A stretch of 64,000 nt of DNA from Candidatus Latescibacterota bacterium (GCA_965204375.1 OZ241986.1:1536001-1600000); one strand, 5' to 3'; shown: positions 1-8,948, numbered from the stretch's first letter. Numbers and translations: made by a program. The notes: generated by a model from the sequence alone, not told the origin.

Positions 1-786
1 GTTGGCGATATGCAGGCTTTGCTTAGAGATGATTATCTCGTTGACGCAGAAGAATATAAAGGGCTGATTTACCGCGCTTATAACCGCGCCTGGCCCGTGC
101 TATTCGATCCCAACTGGGAGGTTGGCAAGGCTGTTCAAATTCTCAGGGCATGGGATAATCGGGCGAGTTTAGAGAGCGTTGGCACGCTTTTGTTTTCGAT
201 CTGGAAGGCCCGATTCGATTCGTCCTTCGCACAGGTTCCACAAAAGCGAGATATTTTGGTTCGAGAAAAGGTCGCATTGGAGGCATTGCAGCAGGCGGTC
301 GCATATATGACCGCGACTTATGGACGATTGGATGTGCCCTGGGGGCAGGTGCATTACTTGAAGAGGGGAGATCGCACTTTTCCGATGAGCGGTGCGCCTT
401 CTGGCACAGAGGCTTTGCATCAGACACTAACGCAAATAGAAGCAGATGGGACAATGGTTATCGAAGGAGGATCGGCTTTTGGAATGGTGGTTTCGCTGGT
501 GCAGCCAGTGCAGTCGTGGAGTGCGCTGGCTTATGGCAATAGCGAGGATCCCGAGTCTCCCCATTATGACGATCAGGCCGATTTGCAACATCGCAATACA
601 TTTAAGAAAACGGTTTTTACAACTGGCGATTTGCAACCCGTTCTGACGGATCTTACAACAGTTCCTTATGATTCCGAAGAAGCCGAGCGTCAATCGCTGA
701 AAGCTCTCTGGCGTAAGCAGTTGCAAATAGGTGTGGTTGCACCTGATTCTACGAATGCTGAGCCGGAGTCCTCACAAGACGATTAA
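1..786 (+). CDS. Penicillin acylase / AHL acylase family (Ntn-hydrolase), C-terminal part, truncated by window start
   Basis: Frame open from the window edge; LRAWDNR, VPWGQVH and YGNSEDPESPHYDDQA motifs typical of the penicillin amidase beta-subunit C-terminus. Confidence 0.85.
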   Translation, partial: VGDMQALLRDDYLVDAEEYKGLIYRAYNRAWPVLFDPNWEVGKAVQILRAWDNRASLESVGTLLFSIWKARFDSSFAQVPQKRDILVREKVALEALQQAVAYMTATYGRLDVPWGQVHYLKRGDRTFPMSGAPSGTEALHQTLTQIEADGTMVIEGGSAFGMVVSLVQPVQSWSALAYGNSEDPESPHYDDQADLQHRNTFKKTVFTTGDLQPVLTDLTTVPYDSEEAERQSLKALWRKQLQIGVVAPDSTNAEPESSQDD

Positions 787-826
787 AAAGCCGGGATTTG
801 TTTTTTTATCGTATCAGGAGGTGTTC

Positions 827-3250
827 ATGCGTTTTTGGGTATTATTTTGGGCGTTGATAGTAGTTGCTATTCCCAACCATATATATGCACAGGGTACCGT
901 ACAACAGGTGGTGGGTGATCTCGTATATATAGAAGGGCTTTCGGCTGATCTGGATGGCAAATTGCGGGTTGCAGGCGATGATGGTGCAGTTTTGCAGGTG
1001 ATCAAGGTGTTGTCCAATGTGGTGGTTGCACGCGTGGTTGAGGAAAATGGTTCGCCGGTAAAATTCGGGGATCGGACTCAGGTAGATGATGGCACGCTTG
1101 CGGGTTCACCGCGCAGGGTGGTGCATGCAACGCGGGTTGCTGATGCGCCGCGCATTGACGGACGGTTGGACGATGCGGCTTGGCAACAGGCACAGGCCGC
1201 GGTGGGATTTGTTCAGCGCGATCCGAAATACTGGATGCCGGTGACTGAGCGGACAGTTGTGAAAATTATTTATGACAATGAGAAAATTTATTTTGGTTTT
1301 GAATGTTATGACAAAAATCCCGGTCTCATTGTTACCAATAATATGCGCCGAGATTCTCAGCTTTCCGGCGATGACAATATTCAATTGTTGCTCGATCCGT
1401 TTAATGACAAACAGAATGGGGTTTTCTTTTTTGTCAATGCACTCGGCGCGCGGACAGATATGCTTTTGTCAAATGAAGGGCGAACGACGAATGAAGATTG
1501 GGATTGTATCTGGGAAGTGCGGTGTGTACGTCACGAGAGGGGCTGGACTGCCGAAATAGCGATTCCGTTTAATCAACTCCGTTTCAATCCGTCTGATGAG
1601 ATGGAATGGGGGATTAACATGGGGCGTTATATCGGGCATAAGAATGAGGAGACCGCGTTTATTGTCGGGCGGCACACGCCCTCACCCCGGCGGCGGTATC
1701 AGATGACCGATATGGGTGTGTTGCGTGGTTTAAAGGCTGTTGAGAGAAAGCGACTTTTTCAAGTCAAGCCGTATGTGCTGCCGGGAACTTCGCGCAATTT
1801 TACAGGCGATGAAGGTGAAAATCGCACGTTTGAAGCGGGTGCAGATATGCGCTATGGCCTGACGCCCAATCTCGCGCTGGATGTGTCTTATAATACGGAT
1901 TTTGCCCAGGTCGAAGCCGATCAAGAACAGGTGAATTTGACGCAGTTTTCTCAGTTTTTTCCCGAGAAGCGCGAGTTTTTCCTGGAGGGGGCGCAATTGT
2001 TTGATTTTGGCGAGGCAGCGTCAACTCGTGGGGGCGATGTGCGCCCACCAACACTGCTGTTTTACAGCAGGAGAATCGGTCTGGATGGGGGGCAGCCCGT
2101 GCCGATTCTCGCAGGTGGCAAGTTGGCTGGCAAAGCCGGGCGCACGAGCATTGGCGCGTTAAATGTTCTGACGGATTCTGAGACGTTGGACACACAGACG
2201 CTACCGCGCAGGAATTTTTCCGTGCTTCGGATCAAACGCGATGTGTTCGCGCGGTCCAATGTGGGATTTATCTGGGTGAATAAACAAAGCGAAGTATCCG
2301 ATGGCGGGTGGGGCGACTACAATCGCGCAGGGGGGCTGGATTTCAGTTTTTCGCCTTCAACTGCGGTCAATGTGCAGGCTTTTTACGCGCGTACCTGGGA
2401 TAAGGACTCAGAAGAAGTGGATGATGCGCGGTATCTTCGCTTTTCGTATAGCGGTACCAAATACTCGGGTTCGGCAACTGTTCTGGATGTAGAAGATGAT
2501 TTTGAGCCGGAGGCGGGGTTTGTCAACCGTCGGCGTGGCATTCGGGGATTTCGGCGTTACAATGTCAATCTATCCTATTTGCCGCGGCCCAGGGTAGCCA
2601 ATATCCGCAATTTGAGATTCACGCCCGATATTCAGGTGATTGAAGACGACGAAGGCGAAGTGCCGTTCCAGCGGTTCAGACTTGACGGTGTGCTCGCACT
2701 TCAGACGGCTGACCGTTTTTTGGTGCGTGTGGAGAGGACTCGCGATGTCGTCACGCGGCCTTTTAGACCGTCGAGCAAGCGGCCCGATGTCGCCATTCCA
2801 CCGCGCGAATACACTTTTACATCGTTCAGGCTGGGACCGGATACGGCGAGCTATCGCAAATTGCAGTTGGATTTTGATTTTCTGATCGGAACCTATTATA
2901 CGGGACACCTGTATCGGGTGACGGCACAGAATGCCTATCGTCCCAATGGCAGATTGGGTATTGAGCTGATTTACGATGGCAATTGGATTCGCTTGCCACA
3001 GGCCAATCTCAATATTCAGGCGTTGAGTACGCGGTTGATTTACTCGTTTACAACCGATTTCTTTTTTAAAATTTTCGCACAGTGGAATAGTGATAGCGAA
3101 TCCGTAGGCGCAAATTTTTTGCTCAACTACCGTTTCCGCCCGGGTAGCGATATATTCTTTGTCTATGATCACGGGTTTGGAACCGCGGGCGACTTGCACC
3201 AGACTGGCCGTGCGCTACTGCTCAAGGTGTCGTATTTGATTGGGTTGTGA
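827..3250 (+). CDS. Secreted/outer-membrane protein with carbohydrate-binding family 9-like domain and DUF5916-type barrel
   Basis: AGGAGG RBS before ATG 827; signal peptide; APRIDGRLDDAAW, GWTAEIAIPF, NTDFAQVEAD, FPEKREFFLEG, YSRRIG motifs. Confidence 0.85.
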   Translation: MRFWVLFWALIVVAIPNHIYAQGTVQQVVGDLVYIEGLSADLDGKLRVAGDDGAVLQVIKVLSNVVVARVVEENGSPVKFGDRTQVDDGTLAGSPRRVVHATRVADAPRIDGRLDDAAWQQAQAAVGFVQRDPKYWMPVTERTVVKIIYDNEKIYFGFECYDKNPGLIVTNNMRRDSQLSGDDNIQLLLDPFNDKQNGVFFFVNALGARTDMLLSNEGRTTNEDWDCIWEVRCVRHERGWTAEIAIPFNQLRFNPSDEMEWGINMGRYIGHKNEETAFIVGRHTPSPRRRYQMTDMGVLRGLKAVERKRLFQVKPYVLPGTSRNFTGDEGENRTFEAGADMRYGLTPNLALDVSYNTDFAQVEADQEQVNLTQFSQFFPEKREFFLEGAQLFDFGEAASTRGGDVRPPTLLFYSRRIGLDGGQPVPILAGGKLAGKAGRTSIGALNVLTDSETLDTQTLPRRNFSVLRIKRDVFARSNVGFIWVNKQSEVSDGGWGDYNRAGGLDFSFSPSTAVNVQAFYARTWDKDSEEVDDARYLRFSYSGTKYSGSATVLDVEDDFEPEAGFVNRRRGIRGFRRYNVNLSYLPRPRVANIRNLRFTPDIQVIEDDEGEVPFQRFRLDGVLALQTADRFLVRVERTRDVVTRPFRPSSKRPDVAIPPREYTFTSFRLGPDTASYRKLQLDFDFLIGTYYTGHLYRVTAQNAYRPNGRLGIELIYDGNWIRLPQANLNIQALSTRLIYSFTTDFFFKIFAQWNSDSESVGANFLLNYRFRPGSDIFFVYDHGFGTAGDLHQTGRALLLKVSYLIGL

Positions 3251-3267
3251 GACGGGCTTTTTAACTA

Positions 3268-4512
3268 TTACTCTGGTAGCAGTTTGTCGTCGCAAAATTC
3301 CATGAGTTCAATGAGCTTACGGGCAATATCTTGTGCCAGCCGTGCTGTGCGTTCTTCTTCCTCCCATAGTGTTTTTAACTGATTGGGATCCTGGAAATCA
3401 GTTTCTGTTGTATATATCCTGAAAGGCCACCATCTATTCTTGTCGGATTTTAGTTCTATTCCATCCAGTTTCTTTTTGATTTTCTTCCGATTATAGTGTT
3501 TTAGATCAGCAGAAATGCCGTAAAATGATTGCTTATATATGCCTTGCCAATTTACGAGAAGAAGATCCTTTTCGCGAAGATCATTTTTTGTTTTTCTTAA
3601 ATCTGTCTCTATCCACTTTGTATTTCTTATGCACAATCCACCTCCAGATTCATCATATATTTTTATCTTCCAATCGGCAGGACTGCGGGAAAATGGCTCT
3701 TTGCTTTCGATTTCTTCTTTTACCTCTTGAACAAATTTCTTAACGGTTTCTTTGAAGAGGGGGTCATATTTTGAATATATCGCGTGTGCAACCTCTATAT
3801 TTTTCATCATAAGCTTTTGGATGGTCTTCTCCATTTTTTGCATTGTCAAGCCTCCTGTTAGTCCTTTAATGGCAATGATATACTGCTTTATCGTCTCTCT
3901 CAAGATAGGCAGGTCTGCACAATGCTTCTGGCAGGATTCGAGCCAGGGGAGTATATGCTCTTGATAAGAGATAGGGTGATATTTCTTCTTTGTAGAGGCT
4001 TTTTTACCCTCACGGGTCAGAAATAGTACGAGGTTGCTATCAGGCTCGTAGTTGCAATATCGGGTAATCTGATGCTCACCTTCGCCTGCCCCAATTTTGT
4101 TTTCAATTGAAATGTGTCGTGTTCCATCAGTTATGAAGATGTCTATACGCCCGCCTTTTGAATTTTCACCATCTATATGTTTTGGTCCAATGTAGTATTC
4201 CCTGTGCATCTTTGCTTTGCTTTCATCGGGACGAAGTTTACATCCGTTGGACAAACTGTCTGGTAGCAGGGGATCGACAATTTGTTCCAAAAACATCTTC
4301 AAAAACGTTGTTTGCTGGTCGTGGCTGCCTTTAGGGGCGAGCAACTCGGCTATAAAGCGCGAATGCAATTCATCTTCTTTGTATTCAATCTCCAACACGC
4401 GGAACACATTGAAGTTTTCGCCCTTGAGCCGGGCAATTTCCTCATGTTTCTCAATAATTGATCCTGTTGATTGCAGCAGTTGTTTCACTTGCCCAATGAG
4501 TGCTTGTTCCAC
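3268..4512 (-). CDS. PD-(D/E)XK nuclease family protein
   Basis: FNVFRVL, HSRFIAELL, GRIDIFI...IENKIGA...QITRY motifs; AT-rich relative to neighbours. Confidence 0.8.
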   Translation of the reverse strand: MEQALIGQVKQLLQSTGSIIEKHEEIARLKGENFNVFRVLEIEYKEDELHSRFIAELLAPKGSHDQQTTFLKMFLEQIVDPLLPDSLSNGCKLRPDESKAKMHREYYIGPKHIDGENSKGGRIDIFITDGTRHISIENKIGAGEGEHQITRYCNYEPDSNLVLFLTREGKKASTKKKYHPISYQEHILPWLESCQKHCADLPILRETIKQYIIAIKGLTGGLTMQKMEKTIQKLMMKNIEVAHAIYSKYDPLFKETVKKFVQEVKEEIESKEPFSRSPADWKIKIYDESGGGLCIRNTKWIETDLRKTKNDLREKDLLLVNWQGIYKQSFYGISADLKHYNRKKIKKKLDGIELKSDKNRWWPFRIYTTETDFQDPNQLKTLWEEEERTARLAQDIARKLIELMEFCDDKLLPE

Positions 4513-4596
4513 AAAAATAACCCTCTATTCAATCCTCGCGTATCCAACCCCACAAGAGATAATGTATCACCTGTCCATTGCAGTTCATCAATTTAT

Positions 4597-4657
4597 AAAA
4601 AAACAGTCAAGGGGAGACCTTGCTCCCACGGTCCAATAGGTCAGACCTCTCGACTGT
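4597..4657 (-). terminator. Stem-loop plus U-tract directly downstream of promoter P1 (possible short ncRNA)
   Basis: Minus strand ACAGTCGAGAGG...CCCCTTGACTGT stem followed by a T-run. Confidence 0.6.
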
Positions 4658-4664
4658 GCTGACA

Positions 4665-4693
4665 ATTTTACTCAAAACCTATATTCACGTCAA
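4665..4693 (-). promoter_or_regulatory. Sigma70-type promoter P1 (copy 1 of a ~54-bp direct repeat)
   Basis: TTGACG-17 bp-TAAAAT on the minus strand. Confidence 0.65.
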
Positions 4694-4701
4694 GCGTAAT
4701 T

Positions 4702-5022
4702 TTACGAATCAGGTTGCGAAATTTCGTGTAACTTGTTGAGACGGATTGCATCTTGTGACAGGATGGCTTCCAGCCACTCGTCATTGGAGCAGTTCAGGTA
4801 TTGCCACGCCGCTTCATCGCCGGATCGGACGACAAAAAGACGGCTGCCATCGGGCAGGTATTCGCTCAGGTGATGTGCGATCATGTGAGCACTATATTCG
4901 GTCAGCACTGCCCATGTTGAATCGGTAATCTGAGCACAAGCCGCGTAACTTTGGATAGCCTCGTGGAGGGCGTCGCAATCGCCTCCCCAGACCATATCGT
5001 AAGAGATGATGTAGGCTTCCAT
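4702..5022 (-). CDS. Small ferredoxin-like-fold protein (Cas2/VapD-like N-terminus; 'SinR-family'-type annotation)
   Basis: AAGGAG RBS; YIISYD...LHEAIQSY...ITDSTWAV...LFVV...AAW pattern. Confidence 0.6.
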   Translation of the reverse strand: MEAYIISYDMVWGGDCDALHEAIQSYAACAQITDSTWAVLTEYSAHMIAHHLSEYLPDGSRLFVVRSGDEAAWQYLNCSNDEWLEAILSQDAIRLNKLHEISQPDS

Positions 5023-5104
5023 CGTTGTTTCTCCTTCACTTGCGCGGTCTCGTATTGGGAACCGTTGTTCTGATAACCCATTGAATAGACCTCACAAGAA
5101 TCGC

Positions 5105-5347
5105 TTACCCTTTGAAATAGGTCAGTAAACTGATAATGATAACCGCAACTGCAATGAGCAAAGACAACCATTTTATGGTTTGCCCTTCCACGCGGTTGAT
5201 ATCGCTTTTTAAGTTGGTCTCCACACGGTTGATATCGCTTTTTAAGGTGTTTTCGACGCGGTTAATATCGTTTTTTAAGGAGTTTTCCAGGCCATTGAAC
5301 CCCGCGTTCATCTGGTTGATCAGTTGCTGAAAACGGTCATCTGCCAT
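5105..5347 (-). CDS. Small coiled-coil protein with 11-aa repeats and a C-terminal TM helix (DUF1640/Bdr-like)
   Basis: LK(N/S)DINRVE repeated three times, then KWLSLLIAVAVIIISLL. Confidence 0.7.
   Translation of the reverse strand: MADDRFQQLINQMNAGFNGLENSLKNDINRVENTLKSDINRVETNLKSDINRVEGQTIKWLSLLIAVAVIIISLLTYFKG
5188..5280. repeat. About three tandem 33-bp coding repeats
   Basis: Units start at 5188, 5221 and 5254 with core CGGTT(G/A)ATATCG(C/T)TTTTTAAG. Confidence 0.9.
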
Positions 5348-5425
5348 GACAATTCGTTTTCCCTTTTTATTTTAATGCCGCTGATTTGACCACCAGTACA
5401 GATCAGACCTCTTGACTATGTAATA

Positions 5426-5454
5426 ATTTTACTCAAAATCTATGCGTAAATCAA
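5426..5454 (-). promoter_or_regulatory. Sigma70-type promoter P2 (copy 2 of the ~54-bp direct repeat)
   Basis: TTGATT-17 bp-TAAAAT; 5403-5455 aligns with 4641-4694. Confidence 0.6.
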
Positions 5455-5465
5455 GGGCGATTGCG

Positions 5466-5648
5466 GTGACGACTCCCAACCGTGAACATGTTGGGCTTCT
5501 TGGCGATTAACCCCGCCAGAGTACATCGTCCTGGACTCATGGGCAATGCTGTATTACTTGTTCACTGGTGAAAGCATCCCAAAAAGGGGATGACCCCCAG
5601 GTTTTACCTACACAGGAAGGTATGTTTTGTGTAGAACCTCATACCTGT
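5466..5648 (-). ncRNA. Candidate omega/reRNA-like structured RNA inside the element
   Basis: Lies just downstream of the internal promoter; hairpins CTACACA/TGTGTAG, CATCCC/GGGATG, TGGCG/CGCCA, CCCAAC/GTTGGG; ends at the right-end TCAC. Confidence 0.5.
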
Positions 5649-5654
5649 ATGAGC

Positions 5655-5683
5655 AGCATAGTCACACGTCAGACGTATGTCAA
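5655..5683 (-). promoter_or_regulatory. Near-consensus sigma70 promoter inside the IS200/IS605-type element
   Basis: TTGACA-17 bp-TATGCT on the minus strand. Confidence 0.7.
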
Positions 5684-5768
5684 GGTTTATATACGCTAAA
5701 GCTCAAAAAGGAAGCCCTTCGCCATGCGCCCCACGGCTAAAGCTCGTGGGTTTTACGGGCTATTAGAT

Positions 5769-5802
5769 AAAAAAAAGCACCCGAATTTCGTCCGGGTGCT
5801 TT
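5769..5802 (-). terminator. Rho-independent terminator of the exbB-PEGA operon
   Basis: AAAGCACCCG...CGGGTGCTTT hairpin with a T-run on the minus strand. Confidence 0.8.
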
Positions 5803-5824
5803 CTATTTGTTAAAAAAGGTTATT

Positions 5825-5853
5825 ATCTGCGTCTATCTGCGTTCATCTGCGGA
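5825..5853. repeat. Three 10-bp-period ATCTGCG(T/G) repeats
   Basis: ATCTGCGTCT ATCTGCGTTC ATCTGCGG. Confidence 0.75.
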
Positions 5854-5862
5854 TGCTTCTTC

Positions 5863-7563
5863 TCACAGCGCGAGGGCAACGCCTATGCCGACGATGGGAA
5901 TGAGCAGGTATTTGAGAATCCCGCTGCGTTTCCCCTGGATGTTCCCGAGGATGGATGTTTCCAATTTTTTATTTCCTGATTTGTAATACAGGCATTCTGC
6001 ACCAGGAGTCGCGGCAATGGCAGTAACGCCGGGCCAAACGGGTTTGATGCTGCCCGTGGGATAGAGAATGATATTTTCGCGATGGCGTTTGTAATCGCCC
6101 ATTTTGACCAGAAGCGCGTATTCTCGTCCAAAAGTAACTTGATCGGGCTGAACAATAGGGCCAAGTTCGTCCCCGACGACGGTTTGCAAGAGAACCGTAT
6201 CCGACCTGGTTTTAGCGGTAGGCAACCACAGGCTGACGCGCGGTGAGATGGGTAGAAAAGTGGGGGCATCGGAAACTCGGAATGAAATGGGAATGGCCAT
6301 GTTTTGCGTATCTTTGAGCATGTAATGGCCTTTGGGAAGGGTGAGAGAAAACTCTTGCTCCCGATTGGCGATATTCTCGTTCAAGATGTGTTCGGCAAGG
6401 GTAGTGAGGCTATCGTACATGGCCTGTTCGTGCGAGGAGGTGGCCGGGGGCACGGGTGCTTCTCGCGTGAAGCGCACCTGTTCAAAGCGCAGGGTTTTGG
6501 GAGGCAGGTTGCGACTGGCGAGATAGGCCGCATTTACGTTGACATCTAATCGACCGAGGCGCGTGTGCCATTGTTCGGCAAAGCGCGTGAGATCGCCCAA
6601 GCGGGACTCGTTTTCCCCTGGAAGGGGATTGGGTTCTTGTTCAATGGGAAAAGGAGAACGCTCTCGGGCTTCTCGGAAAAGCGCGTGCGCTTCTGAGAAG
6701 CGGCGGTATTTGCCGAGCACAATACCATGGTACACATCAATTTGCGCGAGGGCGCGCAGCACGCCGATATCGCTTTGTCCCAGGCGACTCAGCGTGAGTT
6801 CTAATTCGCGCGTCTGGTGGCTATAGTATTTCAGGTCTTCGATAAAAGGCGTCAGGCGCGGGTCGCTGAGGCAGATAGACGCATTGGTTTCAACCGCGGG
6901 GACTGTTTCGCCAATGGCCAGGGCAGCGGTGAGGAGTTGCGCGCTTTCGGCGAGGTATTGGTCTGCGATATCCACGAGACCGGGGATGGACAATTCCGTG
7001 AGTGGTAGCGGATTGCGGGTAAGCCTAATTTCTATGAGTTTGCCACGCGGGGGCAGAAAGAGGTCTTGTTCGATGAGGTTAAAACCGGTTTTGCTGATTT
7101 CGAGGCGGTATTTGCCCACAAAAAGGTCTGACTCATAAGCCACATTGCCGCGTCCGATATTGATAAACCCGGTGATGGTCGTGTCTTGATCTGCAAACCG
7201 AAGGTGGATTTCTGCGCCTAAGGCCGCGAGTTGATCGGATCGTATCTCCAGATGCGCTTTCTGACGTATGAGCGCGATATGCACCGTATCTGCCAAAACG
7301 GTTGTCGTAAATGTGCGCGTCCAGGGCTGGTAGCCGTGTGCATACGCCTGAATTTTATCGCCAATATCCAGTAGCTTTTCTGTGACAAATGGCGTATAAC
7401 CCGCTTCCTGCCCATTGATGAAGACCTGGGCACCTGTGGGTTCTGAGCGAATGTGGATTTTCGTCTTGAAAAGCATCCTCGGCGCAGGCTCTGTTTCTTG
7501 AGCCTGGATGTGGAGCGGTGTGGTCAGCAGGATGCAAAATAAAATGAATCTCAGGGTGTTCAT
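5863..7563 (-). CDS. Exported PEGA-domain protein with helical region and C-terminal hydrophobic anchor
   Basis: Likely start MNTLRFILF at 7563 (ATGA overlap with upstream stop); signal peptide; IRSEPTGAQVFINGQEAGYTP PEGA motif; C-terminal YLLIPIVGIGVALAL. Confidence 0.75.
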   Translation of the reverse strand: MNTLRFILFCILLTTPLHIQAQETEPAPRMLFKTKIHIRSEPTGAQVFINGQEAGYTPFVTEKLLDIGDKIQAYAHGYQPWTRTFTTTVLADTVHIALIRQKAHLEIRSDQLAALGAEIHLRFADQDTTITGFINIGRGNVAYESDLFVGKYRLEISKTGFNLIEQDLFLPPRGKLIEIRLTRNPLPLTELSIPGLVDIADQYLAESAQLLTAALAIGETVPAVETNASICLSDPRLTPFIEDLKYYSHQTRELELTLSRLGQSDIGVLRALAQIDVYHGIVLGKYRRFSEAHALFREARERSPFPIEQEPNPLPGENESRLGDLTRFAEQWHTRLGRLDVNVNAAYLASRNLPPKTLRFEQVRFTREAPVPPATSSHEQAMYDSLTTLAEHILNENIANREQEFSLTLPKGHYMLKDTQNMAIPISFRVSDAPTFLPISPRVSLWLPTAKTRSDTVLLQTVVGDELGPIVQPDQVTFGREYALLVKMGDYKRHRENIILYPTGSIKPVWPGVTAIAATPGAECLYYKSGNKKLETSILGNIQGKRSGILKYLLIPIVGIGVALAL

Positions 7564-8948
7564 GGGGAGGTGTCCTGTTTTTTGCTGAGCAACGCGCTGC
7601 TGTGCTTTTCTTCGAGTTGACGCGCTTGCACATAGTTGCCCTGACTTTTGGCGATGCGATGAAATTCTTTCCAGTAGCGTTCTGGCGCAATGCGATAGGC
7701 CATTTCCGCGGCCTGGTATGCTCTCGCTCCCACATTTTGCAGGTCGGAGTTGAAATAGGCAATCGCCAGGGTGATCAGGGCTTCGCCGCGGTCTTGCCAT
7801 CCAAAGGATGTCACGGGATAAATGGTTGAAATCGCCTCGCGGTACGCGCCTTCTTTGAGTCTTACACTCGCCAAACTGAGCGAAAGCCCGCCATAGGTAT
7901 CGCACACTCTCGGTTCGTATTGGTTGTGCGCGTATGCGTACTTGGCATATTCAACGGCTCTGGGCAAGTCGTCTCGGTACGCGGTGAAGGCCATGTCGAG
8001 ATAGAGGGCGGCGCGAGAGGTGTCGGATCTCGCATAGACCAAGGCGCGTTGCATGGCGTGGATTGCGCGGTTGGCTTCTTCTTCTTTGCTGTGGCGCAAT
8101 CCCTTGAGGCGGTAGATGGCACAGCGCATGTTATAGCCGCCGTCAAAGCGCGCGGCAGCGAGCACTTGATTGAACCAGTCGGGGTTATCGCCCAAAACGC
8201 CGCGGGAAGATGCGGCGGCAATTTTGGGGATGTAAAAATCGGGTTCTATGCCTTCAAAATTGGCCTGTCCGGCGATCTCGATCAGGTTCAGGCTGTTTTC
8301 GATATAGACGCTTAAATAAGCCTGAAGGGTGTCACTCATGGTGCTGCGTTGCGGCGCGGCATAGACAATTTCCTTTTGCGTTCTGCCGAGAATCGCCATC
8401 CAAATGTCGCGCAGACCACCCTCTGCGAGATGCCATATTCGGTGCAGGGAGTCAATTGTTGCGGGTTGAAAGCGCGTGGGTATCCAGGTGCTGTCTCGCA
8501 ATACTGGCGGGGGCAAATCCAGCGGCAGAGGTTGGCGATTGTTTTCGCGCTCAAGCACGAAGTTGGCACGCGCCATCGCATATTTGACGGTGAGACGTCC
8601 CAATTCGTAGCGAATATCGGGGTCTTGCTCGCGGTCGAGCGCCGTGCGGTAGGCGTCGGCACTTTTTCTGAGCAGGTCCAATCGGTTGGGCACCTCTTGA
8701 CCCGTGTCGTAGGCACGCTCGCCTGCCGTGCCCAGCCAGATATAATAGGCACTGGTAAAGATGAGGGCCTGGTTGCACGCACGCTCAAAATGTGCGACGG
8801 CTTCAATATATCGCCCAAGCGCGTAAGCACTGCGGCCCTGCTCAAAAGACTGATAGGCGAGGCTGTCATCCTTTCCCTGCGCAAAAGAAAGGGCTGGCAA
8901 AATCAAAAAAGCGAAGATAAGGAAGATTTTTTTCATAAGCGACCTCAC
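7560..8948 (-). CDS. Exported TPR-repeat protein
   Basis: Signal peptide MKKIFLIFAFLILPALSFAQ; TPR-like helices (FEQGRSAYALGRYIEAVAHFERA; GAYREAI). Confidence 0.75.
   Translation of the reverse strand: MRSLMKKIFLIFAFLILPALSFAQGKDDSLAYQSFEQGRSAYALGRYIEAVAHFERACNQALIFTSAYYIWLGTAGERAYDTGQEVPNRLDLLRKSADAYRTALDREQDPDIRYELGRLTVKYAMARANFVLERENNRQPLPLDLPPPVLRDSTWIPTRFQPATIDSLHRIWHLAEGGLRDIWMAILGRTQKEIVYAAPQRSTMSDTLQAYLSVYIENSLNLIEIAGQANFEGIEPDFYIPKIAAASSRGVLGDNPDWFNQVLAAARFDGGYNMRCAIYRLKGLRHSKEEEANRAIHAMQRALVYARSDTSRAALYLDMAFTAYRDDLPRAVEYAKYAYAHNQYEPRVCDTYGGLSLSLASVRLKEGAYREAISTIYPVTSFGWQDRGEALITLAIAYFNSDLQNVGARAYQAAEMAYRIAPERYWKEFHRIAKSQGNYVQARQLEEKHSSALLSKKQDTSP

Larger units (their letters stand above)
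5466..5766 (-). mobile_element. 301-bp non-autonomous IS200/IS605-family element (PATE/MITE-like), no ORF
   Basis: Minus strand left end TTAT|CTAATAGCCCGTAAAA-CCCACG-AGCTTTAGC-CGTGGG; right end GAAG-CCCAAC-ATGTTCACG-GTTGGG-AGTCGTCAC|; AAAA/TTAT and GAAG/TCAC pairs fit IS608-type guide/cleavage rules; no target duplication. Confidence 0.8.

Noticed and set aside
4702-5280. CRISPR-Cas locus (Cas2-like protein plus 33-bp repeats)
   Set aside because: The repeats are in-frame coding units without unique spacers; no cas1 or array is visible in the window
7564-7905. N-terminal 114 aa of the 680-aa track ORF
   Set aside because: Overlaps the TPR gene; the signal peptide and ATGA coupling point to a start at 7563
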